64,000 bases of DNA. Source: Candidatus Saccharimonadia bacterium. GTDB taxonomy: Bacteria > Patescibacteriota > Saccharimonadia > CAILAD01 > CAZGYV01. Location: positions 773 through 64,772 of the forward strand of contig JAYRII010000001.1 of the NCBI GenBank assembly GCA_041906885.1, read 5' to 3'. The notes under the pieces are model-generated. The model saw only the letters and a program-made list of their open reading frames with translations, was not told the origin of the DNA and searched no databases. The position numbers and the translations under genes are program-made. Shown piece after piece: positions 1 to 9,522 of the stretch. Each line of letters starts with the position of its first letter. The first letter of the stretch is position 1.

Positions 1-81
1 ACCGATATCTATCGCCACATGACGATTCGAAATATCAATACTGTTCGCAAGCTCTACCAATTGATGAAACTAGAGCCATAA
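1..81 (+). CDS. 3' end of a probable DUF1697-family protein (partial)
   Basis: Frame 1 reads TDIYRHMTIRNINTVRKLYQLMKLEP*; resembles the T.RN.NTV.KL C-terminal motif of DUF1697. Confidence 0.5.
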   Translation, partial: TDIYRHMTIRNINTVRKLYQLMKLEP

Positions 82-196
82 ACTTATCGTCGAAGCTGCA
101 CTTAAAAGTCAACCAACTTAGATATCAGTTGCGTTTGCTATATTGCAAGAATAATGAGAATATCAGTAGCATACAACTTGGTGAGAAAATATATTT

Positions 197-1270
197 ATGA
201 CCGATAATGGTACCAAACAATTAGCTAAGAGGGTTTTTGTCACTACCCTAGTCGTACTAGGCATTGCCTTAATCCTTTATCTGATGTATTTAGCGCGCAA
301 ACCACTGCTATGGATTGGGATAGCCGCCTTTTTAGCGATTGCTATCAATCCATTAGTACACAAGACAAAAAAATACATGCCCAAGCACAATATAGCCTTA
401 GCAGCAGTCGTGGTACTGCTCTTGCTGTGCCTGATTGGCGGTGCGCTGATTTGGATATTTTTCGCGCCGTTCGTTCAGCAAACCATCAACCTAATCTCAG
501 CTATCCCTGAGCTAATTGGTAAGATTAACAACTCTCTGTCAAAAACTCCCTTGGCCGGGTCGACAACAATCAATCAACAGTCAATCAAAAGCTACCTAGG
601 GAGCAACGCCGGGCGACTAGTTAATACCGCCTCTCAGCTGGTGGGCATACTACTGGCATTCATCATCGGTGTGATTGATGCTGTGGTTGCTATTGTCTCG
701 ATTCTTTCATTGATGTTTTTCATGACTGTCGAAGGAAAAGCTCTGAAGAATTTCACGATCAAGCTCTTCAGGCCAAACCATCGTGACAAAGCTCTCGAGC
801 TGGGTCGCAAAGTTTATGACATTATAAATGGCTACGTGGTGGGTAACTTTACAGTTAGTATGATTTTTGGTGCATTTAGTATAGTGGCGCTGTGGTTATT
901 AAAGAGTCCTTATTTTTTGGTACTGGGTGTTGTGGCAGGACTGATAGACCTAATACCGCTGGTCGGTACAACAATCGCCGCCATTCTGATCGGTATAATC
1001 TTCGTCCTATCAGGACAACCGTGGGCAGCGGTGGCTTATATGGTGTTTTCCTTCGTCTATGTGCAGTTTGAGAATACTGTCATCAACCCAGCCGTCTACT
1101 CCAAAAATGTCAGCGTATCACCCTTGATTGTCCTCGTATCCATCCTAATCGGTGCCACCATCGCCGGCATTATCGGGGCTCTTTTGGCCATACCGGTTGC
1201 AGCGACCCTTAAAGTCATCATCAATGAACTGTATAAAAGCCGCCTAGCAACAACTTCGGATAGTGTTTAG
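197..1270 (+). CDS. AI-2E (PerM-like) family transporter
   Basis: 357 aa, multiple TM segments, motifs 'LIPLVG', 'QFENTVINP', 'VSPLIVLVSILIG...GIIGALLAIP'. Confidence 0.9.
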   Translation: MTDNGTKQLAKRVFVTTLVVLGIALILYLMYLARKPLLWIGIAAFLAIAINPLVHKTKKYMPKHNIALAAVVVLLLLCLIGGALIWIFFAPFVQQTINLISAIPELIGKINNSLSKTPLAGSTTINQQSIKSYLGSNAGRLVNTASQLVGILLAFIIGVIDAVVAIVSILSLMFFMTVEGKALKNFTIKLFRPNHRDKALELGRKVYDIINGYVVGNFTVSMIFGAFSIVALWLLKSPYFLVLGVVAGLIDLIPLVGTTIAAILIGIIFVLSGQPWAAVAYMVFSFVYVQFENTVINPAVYSKNVSVSPLIVLVSILIGATIAGIIGALLAIPVAATLKVIINELYKSRLATTSDSV

Positions 1271-1384
1271 AAATCTATCTGGCTCCTAAAATGAGTTTTG
1301 ACTTTATACCTTGTTATTCTTGTATTTTCTTGTAAAATTATATGTGCTATTGAGATCCGCTCAATCAGGAGACAGGGGATAAAC

Positions 1385-1750
1385 GTGAGCACTAACCCGG
1401 TAGACTGGAAGGAAATGCTTGAATCGAGCACAATCGATGACGTTTTCTCAGTCAGCTTCAAGCTGGGAGGTGGGCAGGAAGATGGCGCATTTAGAGGTGC
1501 CATTGGGCGTTTTAACTGGTATGCAAGGCGAGAAACAAATCTGGTTCGGATTGCTCTAGTGCAAGATGAGATGACTCTGCTTAAGGTTTGTGCGGATGGA
1601 GTATGGCCTGGTGAGACACCTCATAGTGGCCACCGCACCGGCATTGAGTTCTCGATTATTGGACTGATCGATATAGATCAGTTCATCCAAGACATCGAGG
1701 TGGCAGTCGAGAGCATTAAGCGTATCAAAATTGATACTACTGTCTACTAA
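1385..1750 (+). CDS. Hypothetical protein (ORFan), GTG start
   Basis: In frame with track ORF 1298..1750; SD-like AGGGGA precedes GTG 1385. Confidence 0.6.
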   Translation: MSTNPVDWKEMLESSTIDDVFSVSFKLGGGQEDGAFRGAIGRFNWYARRETNLVRIALVQDEMTLLKVCADGVWPGETPHSGHRTGIEFSIIGLIDIDQFIQDIEVAVESIKRIKIDTTVY

Positions 1751-1783
1751 TCCTAAAAAAGGTAGATACGAAAGGATAGACTG

Positions 1784-1951
1784 GTGTTCAAGCACCTCAA
1801 GTCAGCCTTAAGCATTGTGATCGGGTGGCTCGACAAATTTATACCACCTGACTTGGATCCCAGTGATCCCAGCGAAGGAGACATGATCCCCGACGCCACA
1901 GACTACGAGTCTTTCGACTGGCACGGAGAAAACTACCGGTCAAACGACTAA
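1784..1951 (+). CDS. Small acidic hypothetical protein, 55 aa (not in ORF track)
   Basis: AAAGGA SD then GTG; MFKHLKSALSIVIGWLDKFIPPDLDPSDPSEGDMIPDATDYESFDWHGENYRSND*. Confidence 0.5.
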   Translation: MFKHLKSALSIVIGWLDKFIPPDLDPSDPSEGDMIPDATDYESFDWHGENYRSND

Positions 1952-1967
1952 AAATAGTCCAATCCGT

Positions 1968-3254
1968 CTATTGAGGCTGGTGGAGCAATTCTTTCTTACT
2001 CGAAGGATGCTTCACTAGCCTCTGCTGCTTTTGACTAATTACACTACTATAGACATTGAAATAATCTCGCATCATCGTAGTAACCAAGAAGTTTTTGGCG
2101 ACATGCTGCTTGGCTGATTGACCAATTTGCAAATATTTCTTAGGATATTTTACGACATCGGCTATACGCTTGGCGTCTTTATCACGCGACCCATTAAGAT
2201 AGAAACCAGTCTTGTTGTTAATGACCTGCAGGGCAATACCGCCGACTGGGTGAGAGAAAACGATTTTTTCTTTCCAGAGCGCTTCGGTCACAGTCAAACC
2301 AAAGCCTTCCTTGGAAGAGTTCTGGATGACAACCGTAGCCAACCTTTGCAAGGCATTAACTGCCTGATTGTCGTTCTCGGTAATTATTATAATATTTTTT
2401 GCATCAAGCTTAGCCGCTCGCCTTTTGAGCTCCCGATACAGCGGATACCCCTCCGGATCATCAGTGGCGTAATTACCCATAAAAACACATTGTAAATCCG
2501 GTATTAATTTCTTAGTGGCAGCATAGATGTCCAGTACACCTAATGGGTCTTTGAATTTATCAAACCGACTGACCTGAAGTAGGTATGGCCGATTGGTATC
2601 TATACCAAGGCCACGAGCGATTGCTCTGGCGTGCAAATCATCCATTGGAGCATTTTTAGTACTCAGCGGATCAATCGCTGGTCGCACGATCGCAACCTCA
2701 TCACGCTCTAAGCCACTAATGTAGGCTTCAAGTGAAAAAATCACCCGATCAAAGGCTGGATAAAATCCAACCAGCCAAGCTAGAGCTGTCGGATCGGCCT
2801 CAGTCAGATCGATATGGCAGCGCCAAATCACCTTTTTGTCCTTTAAGTACTTGGCCAAGCCGAGTGTTTGCGGGTCATGTAAAACATATAAGTCGGCATC
2901 TTGGGGAATACTTTTAGCGACATTATCTAAATATTTCTGATAATACTCAATGTGGCCATCAAAAGGCATACCGCACTGGCCCTGCAAGCAATTATGTAGA
3001 TTTTTTGTAATTGTAAAAAAATCATCATTGGGTGGCAATACCCACCAGCGCGAATCGATCCCCAAATCTCTGGCCAGCGGCATCTGCGTCTGTAATAGTT
3101 CGGCCACACCGCCACCATCAGCAGTGGCATTGATTTCAACAATTTTCAAATTTTTGAGTGGATGAGCTGACGCGCGCAAATCTTCTAAGTCAGCCTGACT
3201 AATGACACCAGTGTAGTCTTCGAGTCGTTTTGATGAAATGTCATGAACAAACAT
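1968..3254 (-). CDS. treT: GT4 glycosyltransferase, trehalose synthase TreT-like
   Basis: 'NATADGGGVAELL', 'HDPQ', 'WRCHID', 'QVSRFDKFKDP', 'EGFGLTVTEALWK'; start placed at ATG 3254, 7 nt after TACAAT. Confidence 0.8.
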   Translation of the reverse strand: MFVHDISSKRLEDYTGVISQADLEDLRASAHPLKNLKIVEINATADGGGVAELLQTQMPLARDLGIDSRWWVLPPNDDFFTITKNLHNCLQGQCGMPFDGHIEYYQKYLDNVAKSIPQDADLYVLHDPQTLGLAKYLKDKKVIWRCHIDLTEADPTALAWLVGFYPAFDRVIFSLEAYISGLERDEVAIVRPAIDPLSTKNAPMDDLHARAIARGLGIDTNRPYLLQVSRFDKFKDPLGVLDIYAATKKLIPDLQCVFMGNYATDDPEGYPLYRELKRRAAKLDAKNIIIITENDNQAVNALQRLATVVIQNSSKEGFGLTVTEALWKEKIVFSHPVGGIALQVINNKTGFYLNGSRDKDAKRIADVVKYPKKYLQIGQSAKQHVAKNFLVTTMMRDYFNVYSSVISQKQQRLVKHPSSKKELLHQPQ

Positions 3255-3302
3255 ATACAATATTGTAAATGATTTGTGCCTCATAAAGCAAAAAGCTTTA
3301 GC

Positions 3303-3331
3303 TTGTCTTAAGCCTTCTTTATTGGCATAAT
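3303..3331 (+). promoter_or_regulatory. Sigma70-like promoter for ORFan operon 3393-4278
   Basis: TTGTCT-17 nt-CATAAT. Confidence 0.5.
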
Positions 3332-3392
3332 AGCTTCGTTCTAGGGCTCTAAGGAAAGATCTTTGAGCTCGTTAGTAGGAAGGCTGCTTGAT

Positions 3393-3545
3393 ATGGCAGC
3401 GCATGACCCTAGGCAGTGTGATGGTCGTTTTGAAACACGCTGTCCCATCTGCGGTGGCAACGGCACCAAAAACGCCGGTCACGCCACCTGCTGGGAGTGC
3501 AACGGTAGCGGTAAGGTGTGCGAGAAGTGTGGTAAGCCAAAGTGA
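3393..3545 (+). CDS. Small DnaJ-type CxxCxGxG zinc-finger protein, 50 aa
   Basis: CPICGGNG, CWECNGSG, CEKCG; SD AGGAAGG; its stop overlaps the next start (GTGA). Confidence 0.7.
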   Translation: MAAHDPRQCDGRFETRCPICGGNGTKNAGHATCWECNGSGKVCEKCGKPK

Positions 3546-3847
3546 ATGGCGACCGCATCGAGCAAGCTGATTTCCGTCATTGGGCCAAGACCAAGTCGGA
3601 GGGCACCAACATCTGGCACGCTCTGATGTGGAATCTGCGTCCGTATCATGAAATGCCACAACTCCTGGGAGCTTGTCAGGGCAAGTACGAGTACAATCAG
3701 TTTCTGACGATAGAAGCTCTGGCTTGTATTATTAACTTACTCGAAGAAGACCATGCGTTACTTAAGGCTGTCGAAGGCATCGGCTCACGTCGCCTGGAGC
3801 AGCTAGGTAGCATACTAGCGCTGGCTACTATATGGCAACTCAAATGA
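3542..3847 (+). CDS. Hypothetical protein with C-terminal helix-hairpin-helix-like motif
   Basis: 'LLKAVEGIGSRRLEQL'; translationally coupled on both sides. Confidence 0.65.
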   Translation: MNGDRIEQADFRHWAKTKSEGTNIWHALMWNLRPYHEMPQLLGACQGKYEYNQFLTIEALACIINLLEEDHALLKAVEGIGSRRLEQLGSILALATIWQLK

Positions 3848-4278
3848 ATGAGAATATCAAGCTCTATTTGGGCGACTTTGTGGCTGCCTTTCCGCATCCC
3901 CATGGCAATCACGGTAATGTCCTCTGGCAAGCCGTTGTGGCCAGTCTAAGACCGGCTGACACACCCAGCGAAGAAGAATTCTGCCGCTGGATCAACGACC
4001 TATCAGGAAGGCTTAGAGGCGAGGGTCACTCCAATCGCGAGTGCCGTCAGATCAAACGAGTCCTATGTGCCAGCTACTGGCCCGGACCACCCGGTGAGCC
4101 AAAGCTAATCGAGGCTGTCGGTGATGAGTACAGAGTCGGCCAATCGATCACCGTGTGTGGGCTCAAAAGCTACGTCGCTATTCTTCGAACAGAGCCGTCA
4201 ATCCTCGAGAGAATACCTAGCTTGTCTCGATCCGGACTAAAAGTCCTCGAACAACTGAGTCAATCGGCTCACATGTAG
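3844..4278 (+). CDS. Hypothetical protein, paralog of the upstream ORF
   Basis: ATGA overlap; shares 'W.A....LRP' and 'P.L..A....Y...Q..T...L' blocks with 3542..3847. Confidence 0.65.
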   Translation: MNENIKLYLGDFVAAFPHPHGNHGNVLWQAVVASLRPADTPSEEEFCRWINDLSGRLRGEGHSNRECRQIKRVLCASYWPGPPGEPKLIEAVGDEYRVGQSITVCGLKSYVAILRTEPSILERIPSLSRSGLKVLEQLSQSAHM

Positions 4279-4318
4279 CTCTGACTTCTAATTTATTAGA
4301 GGTCAGGGCTGTTTTATT
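4278..4318 (+). terminator. Intrinsic terminator between convergent genes
   Basis: Hairpin GCTCTGACTTCTAAT/ATTAGAGGTCAGGGC followed by a T-rich run. Confidence 0.65.
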
Positions 4319-4324
4319 TAGATT

Positions 4325-5698
4325 TTAACCCGAACGCCAGTAGAGCGTGGTATCGCGTAAATCCTCCGACTCAATACCACCATTTATTAGCTTGTCACGC
4401 AGCTCGTCACTGCGACCAAAATCTTTTTGGCGACGTACTTTATCGCGCTGACGCTGTAATTCTAGCTCAGACCCACTAAATGGCTTGATTGGCCGAACTA
4501 GTTCCAGCCCTAGTATCCGATCGGCCCATCCGAGCGCTTCAGCCAAACCACCTAGAAACGGTTCAGCCTCCAATGCGGCCACAGCAGATAGAGCTTGCGG
4601 CGTATTTAGATCATCCTCCAGGGCAGCGGCAAAGCTGTCCTTAAATTGCTGTAATTTGTCATCATCCTTACGTGTCAAGCCAGCCGCCTTGGCATATTGA
4701 TTCTTACTCACCAGATCACGCAGTATCTGTAGCCTATTATGAGCGGCGGCTAACCCCTCGGACGTAAAATCCATGTGACTACGATAGTGTGCAGCCAGGC
4801 ACATCAGTCTAAAGGCCAACGGATCTTTAAAATCAGAAATTTTCTTGATATTGCCAAGCGACTTGCTCATCTTTTCTCGATCGATCGTCAAATGCTCATT
4901 GTGAATAAAAATATTAGCTAGTTTGCCACCGCTCTGAGCAATTTCGTTTTCATGGTGAGGGAATTTGAGATCAATCCCGCCCGTATGAATATCAAAAGGC
5001 ACACCCAAGTACTGGCTACTCATGGCCGAGCACTCGATATGCCAACCAGGCCGACCCGACAAGTTCTTGCCATCCAGCTCAAATTCCCAAGCTGGCTCAC
5101 CACTTTTTGCCGCCTTCCAGAGCGCAAAGTCGCCGACACCCTCCTTCTGGTCTTGATCATCAATCACTCTAGCTTGGGCGTCAAAGTGGACGTTTGTCAG
5201 GACACCGTATTTCCGACCCGACTTCTGATACTGCTCGAGACTAAAATAAATACTGCCATGAGATAAGTAGGCAATCTTACTTTTGAGAAGTTCCCGGATA
5301 ATAGCTTGCATAGTCGCAATATTATCCGTCGCCCGCGGCAACTTTGTAATATCAGCCCGACCAATACCAACCGCCTCAATGTCATCAATGAATATATCAG
5401 TATATTTATCAGCTAGCTTAGCTAAAGCGGCCAGTGGCTTTTCGTCTGGATATTCGCGCTTGGCTCGAGCAATCATCTTGTCATCCACGTCGGTGATATT
5501 GACCACCCATTTGGCTTGGAGATCTTCAATCTCGCGCAAAACTCGCACCAAAATATCAGCCGTAATAAATGAGCGCAGATTGCCGACATGGATATGGTCA
5601 TAAACGGTTGGTCCGCAGGAATACACCCCAATCTCGCCTTTTTTGATCGGCCTTAAAGTCTCTTTTGATCTGGTCAGTGAATTATATAACTTGATCAT
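4325..5698 (-). CDS. cysS: Cysteine--tRNA ligase
   Basis: CGPTVYD..HVGN, DFALWK, GRPGWHIECSAM, HHENE, KMSKS. Confidence 0.98.
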   Translation of the reverse strand: MIKLYNSLTRSKETLRPIKKGEIGVYSCGPTVYDHIHVGNLRSFITADILVRVLREIEDLQAKWVVNITDVDDKMIARAKREYPDEKPLAALAKLADKYTDIFIDDIEAVGIGRADITKLPRATDNIATMQAIIRELLKSKIAYLSHGSIYFSLEQYQKSGRKYGVLTNVHFDAQARVIDDQDQKEGVGDFALWKAAKSGEPAWEFELDGKNLSGRPGWHIECSAMSSQYLGVPFDIHTGGIDLKFPHHENEIAQSGGKLANIFIHNEHLTIDREKMSKSLGNIKKISDFKDPLAFRLMCLAAHYRSHMDFTSEGLAAAHNRLQILRDLVSKNQYAKAAGLTRKDDDKLQQFKDSFAAALEDDLNTPQALSAVAALEAEPFLGGLAEALGWADRILGLELVRPIKPFSGSELELQRQRDKVRRQKDFGRSDELRDKLINGGIESEDLRDTTLYWRSG

Positions 5699-5699
5699 A

Positions 5700-6251
5700 C
5701 TAGTATTCTTTACCGTTATAGATTGCTCTTAAAGCCTCAGCGGCGTAACGACAGTCCTCTAGGGCGTCATGGCTATCGCGTGGAGCCAGGCCGATGGCTG
5801 CAAATGTGGCGTCCCCTCTTATCTTATCACCTTGACCGTTGCGAGCTAAATGCATATAACAAATCGGCCAAATATCGAGATAATGGTAGTCATAGATAAA
5901 GATGTCTTGGCCGATCGCGCGCAACATTTTGTCGAGTAAGCCGCGATCGAGGATCGAATTCCAACTGGCCAAGAAAACGTCGGTGCCAAATTCACTTATA
6001 AACTCTTTTATTACTTCTCGAGCATCAGGTGCGCCCTTGAGTTTATCTGGCGTCATTCCCGAAACTTTCAGCGCTTCGGAACTAGCTTTAGTCAGATCGG
6101 CCGCAATATAGCTTGAATAATGCTTTTTTTCTTTGAGAGTAATTTTATCGAGCAAGATCGCTCCAAGCTGAGTCGGATCGTGATCTGCCGGATCTAGGCC
6201 GGTTGACTCGAAATCGATTACTAAAATATCTTTGGCAAAGCCCTTTTTCAT
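5700..6251 (-). CDS. DEDDh 3'-5' exonuclease
   Basis: IDFESTG, N..LD, HDALED. Confidence 0.9.
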   Translation of the reverse strand: MKKGFAKDILVIDFESTGLDPADHDPTQLGAILLDKITLKEKKHYSSYIAADLTKASSEALKVSGMTPDKLKGAPDAREVIKEFISEFGTDVFLASWNSILDRGLLDKMLRAIGQDIFIYDYHYLDIWPICYMHLARNGQGDKIRGDATFAAIGLAPRDSHDALEDCRYAAEALRAIYNGKEY

Positions 6252-6324
6252 AACATCAATTATATCAGTTAAACTACCCTTTTGTTTTTCAAAAAACTAC
6301 CTTAAAATCCCTCTTCACTACCTT

Positions 6325-6481
6325 TCTGCGTAAAAGAATAGCAAATCTCTCCTTAAATCTAACTCTACTTTTGGGTTACGGCCAAAAGTAGAGATAAGGT
6401 GATAGATCCTTCGACTTCGCCCAGGATGACGGAGGGAGGATTGTCATTCTGAGTGGAGCGAAGAATCTGGCTCAGGATGAC
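6325..6481. repeat. Composite palindromic (REP-like) repeat cluster
   Basis: CTCTACTTTTGG..CCAAAAGTAGAG, GATCCTTCGACTTCGCCCAGGATGAC and GTCATTCTGAG..GAAGAATCT; same units recur at 57820-58088. Confidence 0.8.
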
Positions 6482-6523
6482 GAGAAAGATTTTTTGATAA
6501 CTTTTGGTATAAGTAATAAATTC

Positions 6524-7120
6524 CTAGTTAAACTCACGGCGATTATCGATCGCTCGCCCTAGAGTGATCTGATCAGCGTATTCCAGGTCGCCACCAACCG
6601 GCAAACCGTGAGCAAGGCGTGTCACTTTGACGCCGAGTGGTTGGATTTTTTTAGCCAAATACAACGCGGTCGTCTCGCCTTCTAGATTCGGATTGGTCGC
6701 TAGGATCACTTCCTTGACCTCGCTACCCTCTAGCTGCTTCATTAGACTCTCAATCGTCAGATCATCCGGGCCGACCCCATCGATCGGACTAATCACACCA
6801 TGCAAGACGTGGTAACGCCCACGAAAAAGGCCGGTTTTCTCGATCGCAACCATATCAAGCGGCATACTAACGACAGCAATTTGCTGCCCATCGCGATTAT
6901 GATTGTCACAGATCGCGCAAACTGGCTGATCACTAAATGTCTGACACTGGTTACAGCGCACAATACCTTTCTTGAGGCGAGCAATTGCCTCAGCTAGACT
7001 CTCGGTATTGCCATTGCGCAGCAAATAAAAGGTCAGCCGCTCAGCCGTCTTCGGACCAATGGTCGGCAACTTAGCAAATTCCTCAATCAGATAAGTCACA
7101 CTATTCGGTAATAAATCCAT
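6524..7120 (-). CDS. recR: Recombination mediator RecR
   Basis: LPTIGPKTAERL HhH, C4 zinc finger, YHVLHG, Toprim EVILATNP. Confidence 0.98.
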   Translation of the reverse strand: MDLLPNSVTYLIEEFAKLPTIGPKTAERLTFYLLRNGNTESLAEAIARLKKGIVRCNQCQTFSDQPVCAICDNHNRDGQQIAVVSMPLDMVAIEKTGLFRGRYHVLHGVISPIDGVGPDDLTIESLMKQLEGSEVKEVILATNPNLEGETTALYLAKKIQPLGVKVTRLAHGLPVGGDLEYADQITLGRAIDNRREFN

Positions 7121-7350
7121 ATGCTTTATTATACCCTACTAATTGCCTGGCTATAAATGCACTAAGCCCCAACCGGCAAGACAGTTAAGTAATACTGCAT
7201 TGGTGGTAGGTAATTACAACTAGAATATAAGCCTTAAGCCAATTGACTTGAGCAATGAAAGCCAAGCCATCCGCTATAAATTATCCGCGCCGGGAGGCGA
7301 TAATCTCCGGTCTCGCCCCTAGCCAATTATGGCTGGGGGATTTTCTTTGT

Positions 7351-7641
7351 CTAAAGCCCTGGCAAACCCAAGCCACCGGCGACATTTTTCATCCGCTCGG
7401 CTGCTTCCTGCTGCGACTTGGTGATGCCCTGATTGATGGCCGACTCGATGTGCTTCTCTAGCCGCCTCAGATCATCAAGATCAATCATGCTCGGATCAAG
7501 CGAAACCCGCTGGACCTTTTGCTCGCCGTTCATCACAATCTTAACCGCACCATTACCAGCCTCGACTTCAATCTCGATTTTCTTAAGCTCTTTTTGGATC
7601 TTACGCAGCTCCATTAGAGTTTTTGCTTTATCAAATGCCAT
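7351..7641 (-). CDS. ybaB: YbaB/EbfC nucleoid-associated protein
   Basis: 'EAGNGAVKIVMNGEQKV...I.SAIN'; lies directly upstream of recR; start placed at MAFDK. Confidence 0.9.
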   Translation of the reverse strand: MAFDKAKTLMELRKIQKELKKIEIEVEAGNGAVKIVMNGEQKVQRVSLDPSMIDLDDLRRLEKHIESAINQGITKSQQEAAERMKNVAGGLGLPGL

Positions 7642-7823
7642 AATTTTCACTCCTGTAATTAAGGTTTAAATATCTTGCTTGGTATCAATTTTAGCACACT
7701 TATCTTGAGAGTGAATCTAAAGCCAAATCTAACAAATATAGAGTAATTAGCTTCGAGTATAGTTCTAGGCGCAAATGAAGCCCAAATCGATAATGTTAGC
7801 GTGTTTGACATTAGTATATAGTT

Positions 7824-7980
7824 CAAGGCGCTAGCGAAGCCCGAAGTGGCTACTCCATGACAAAGTTTAGCATACTTAGCTTGAACGCAAATCAAGGCAC
7901 CAGCGAAGCCCGAAACGAAGCGTACTAATTATGTACGCGGAGTGAGGACTGGAGATGCCAACGAAGAAATATGCTGGTGT
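7824..7980. repeat. Palindromic element (Rickettsia RPE-like) plus a partial copy
   Basis: CAAGGC..AGCGAAGCCCGAA at 7824 and 7893; core GCGTAC-TAATTAT-GTACGC-GGAGTGAGGA. Confidence 0.55.
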
Positions 7981-8001
7981 CAGACATGCGACTATAAGAG
8001 A

Positions 8002-9522
8002 TTACTGAACTTCGTAGAGTCGCACCTCACTACCTCCCGCCTCATCCTCGCGCAGCATGCGCCAGCCAGCTGGAATTTGGCTGTAATACGCCTTATCGCC
8101 CGTTTTGCCCACCAGCCAAACTCGCCGGCCAGCTGGAATAGAACTTAGATCATCTGTATAAATCTGGTCAGCCCTGTCATAGAGTAAGCCCGACTCACCG
8201 TAGCCATTTGGATGGTTGATAGTGCCATCGGCGTTGCGCGGAGTAAACAATCGGGGTAAGACACCGGTCTGGTTATAATAGCTAAAATCAAAATAGACGT
8301 ACAGCTCACCAGCCAGAATAACATCACCGGCCTGATAATTGTCATTGACCGTAGTCGCCACCACCGCCATCTGGTGAGTAGCCTGACGATAAACATTACT
8401 AATACCAATTAGTTCGATAGCTATCACCGCAGACGCCAAGCCATAAAACAAGGCTTTGCGTTTATGGGCTATTTTATCGATCGCCATTGCCATAATCATA
8501 TAAATCCCGACGGCCGCAAAAGCTAGGTAACGATCTTGGTAAATTGGCTTTTTGATCGATACTGCAATGGTTAGAATGATCGGCAGCAAAGCATAAAACA
8601 CAACCAGTCTTTTGTCACGGCTGCTCTTTTCTTCATCTCCGAATAAGATATAAGCGCTAGACGCCAGCACGACTAGCGGCAAAGCAAAATAGACCACGCC
8701 TGGCAAAGCCCGGGCGTCAGTATAGGTAAAAAACTGCCAAATTCCCGATGGTAAGGTATAGATGGTTGTCTTCGGAATCCAACCAATCCCCTGACCACGC
8801 GTAAATTGCGCGATAAAATTTGGTATCCAAGGAACATATAGTAAAACTATGGCGATATTAGCTCCCCACCAAGCCGGTGATAACCAAAGTGTCTTACCGA
8901 TTTTCCAGCTCTTGACGGGCTCGAGCGTCAACAAATAGAGCCACTGCGCGAATAGCGCAAACAAGGCGAAATAATGGGTGTAGAATCCGGCCGTCATGGC
9001 CAGAATATAACCTATCCAGAGCCAAATATTTTTAGGTTGGTCAACGATTTTAAGCAGCAGCCAGATACCGATAATAAGAAAGACTCCCAAGACGCCATAC
9101 ATGCGAGCTTCTTGGCTGTAGCGAACCAAAAAAGGTGCTAAAGCTAAGAAAACACCGGCCAGTCGAGCAGCTCGCTTGGTCGATACTTTTTGTACTATCT
9201 TGTAGCCGACGACGACCGTGATGATGCTTATGGCCGCGCTCATACTGCGAGCCGCCAGAGCCGAGGAGCCAAAAAGCTGCATCCAATAATGAAGTAGCAA
9301 ATAATAAAGCGGTGGATGAACATCACGGGCACTACCGAGCCAAATATCAGCCGGCATCCGAGACGACAACATCATCGTGAATCCTTCATCGTGCCAGATA
9401 CTTGATTTGGTAATATTGACTAGCCTGGGCAAGGCTGCTAATATTACCAGAAGTAGCAGATAGTATCGATCAAAAAAGTTAGAATTTAGGCTAATTTTTT
9501 GTTTCTTTGGCATGATAGGCAT
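8002..9522 (-). CDS. GT-C (GT39/ArnT/PMT-like) membrane glycosyltransferase
   Basis: 'SIWHDE', 'DVHPPLYY', 'YSQEARMY', many TM helices. Confidence 0.88.
   Translation of the reverse strand: MPIMPKKQKISLNSNFFDRYYLLLLVILAALPRLVNITKSSIWHDEGFTMMLSSRMPADIWLGSARDVHPPLYYLLLHYWMQLFGSSALAARSMSAAISIITVVVGYKIVQKVSTKRAARLAGVFLALAPFLVRYSQEARMYGVLGVFLIIGIWLLLKIVDQPKNIWLWIGYILAMTAGFYTHYFALFALFAQWLYLLTLEPVKSWKIGKTLWLSPAWWGANIAIVLLYVPWIPNFIAQFTRGQGIGWIPKTTIYTLPSGIWQFFTYTDARALPGVVYFALPLVVLASSAYILFGDEEKSSRDKRLVVFYALLPIILTIAVSIKKPIYQDRYLAFAAVGIYMIMAMAIDKIAHKRKALFYGLASAVIAIELIGISNVYRQATHQMAVVATTVNDNYQAGDVILAGELYVYFDFSYYNQTGVLPRLFTPRNADGTINHPNGYGESGLLYDRADQIYTDDLSSIPAGRRVWLVGKTGDKAYYSQIPAGWRMLREDEAGGSEVRLYEVQ

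Noticed and set aside
1385-4278. Prophage remnant
   Set aside because: No integrase, structural genes or att repeats recognisable
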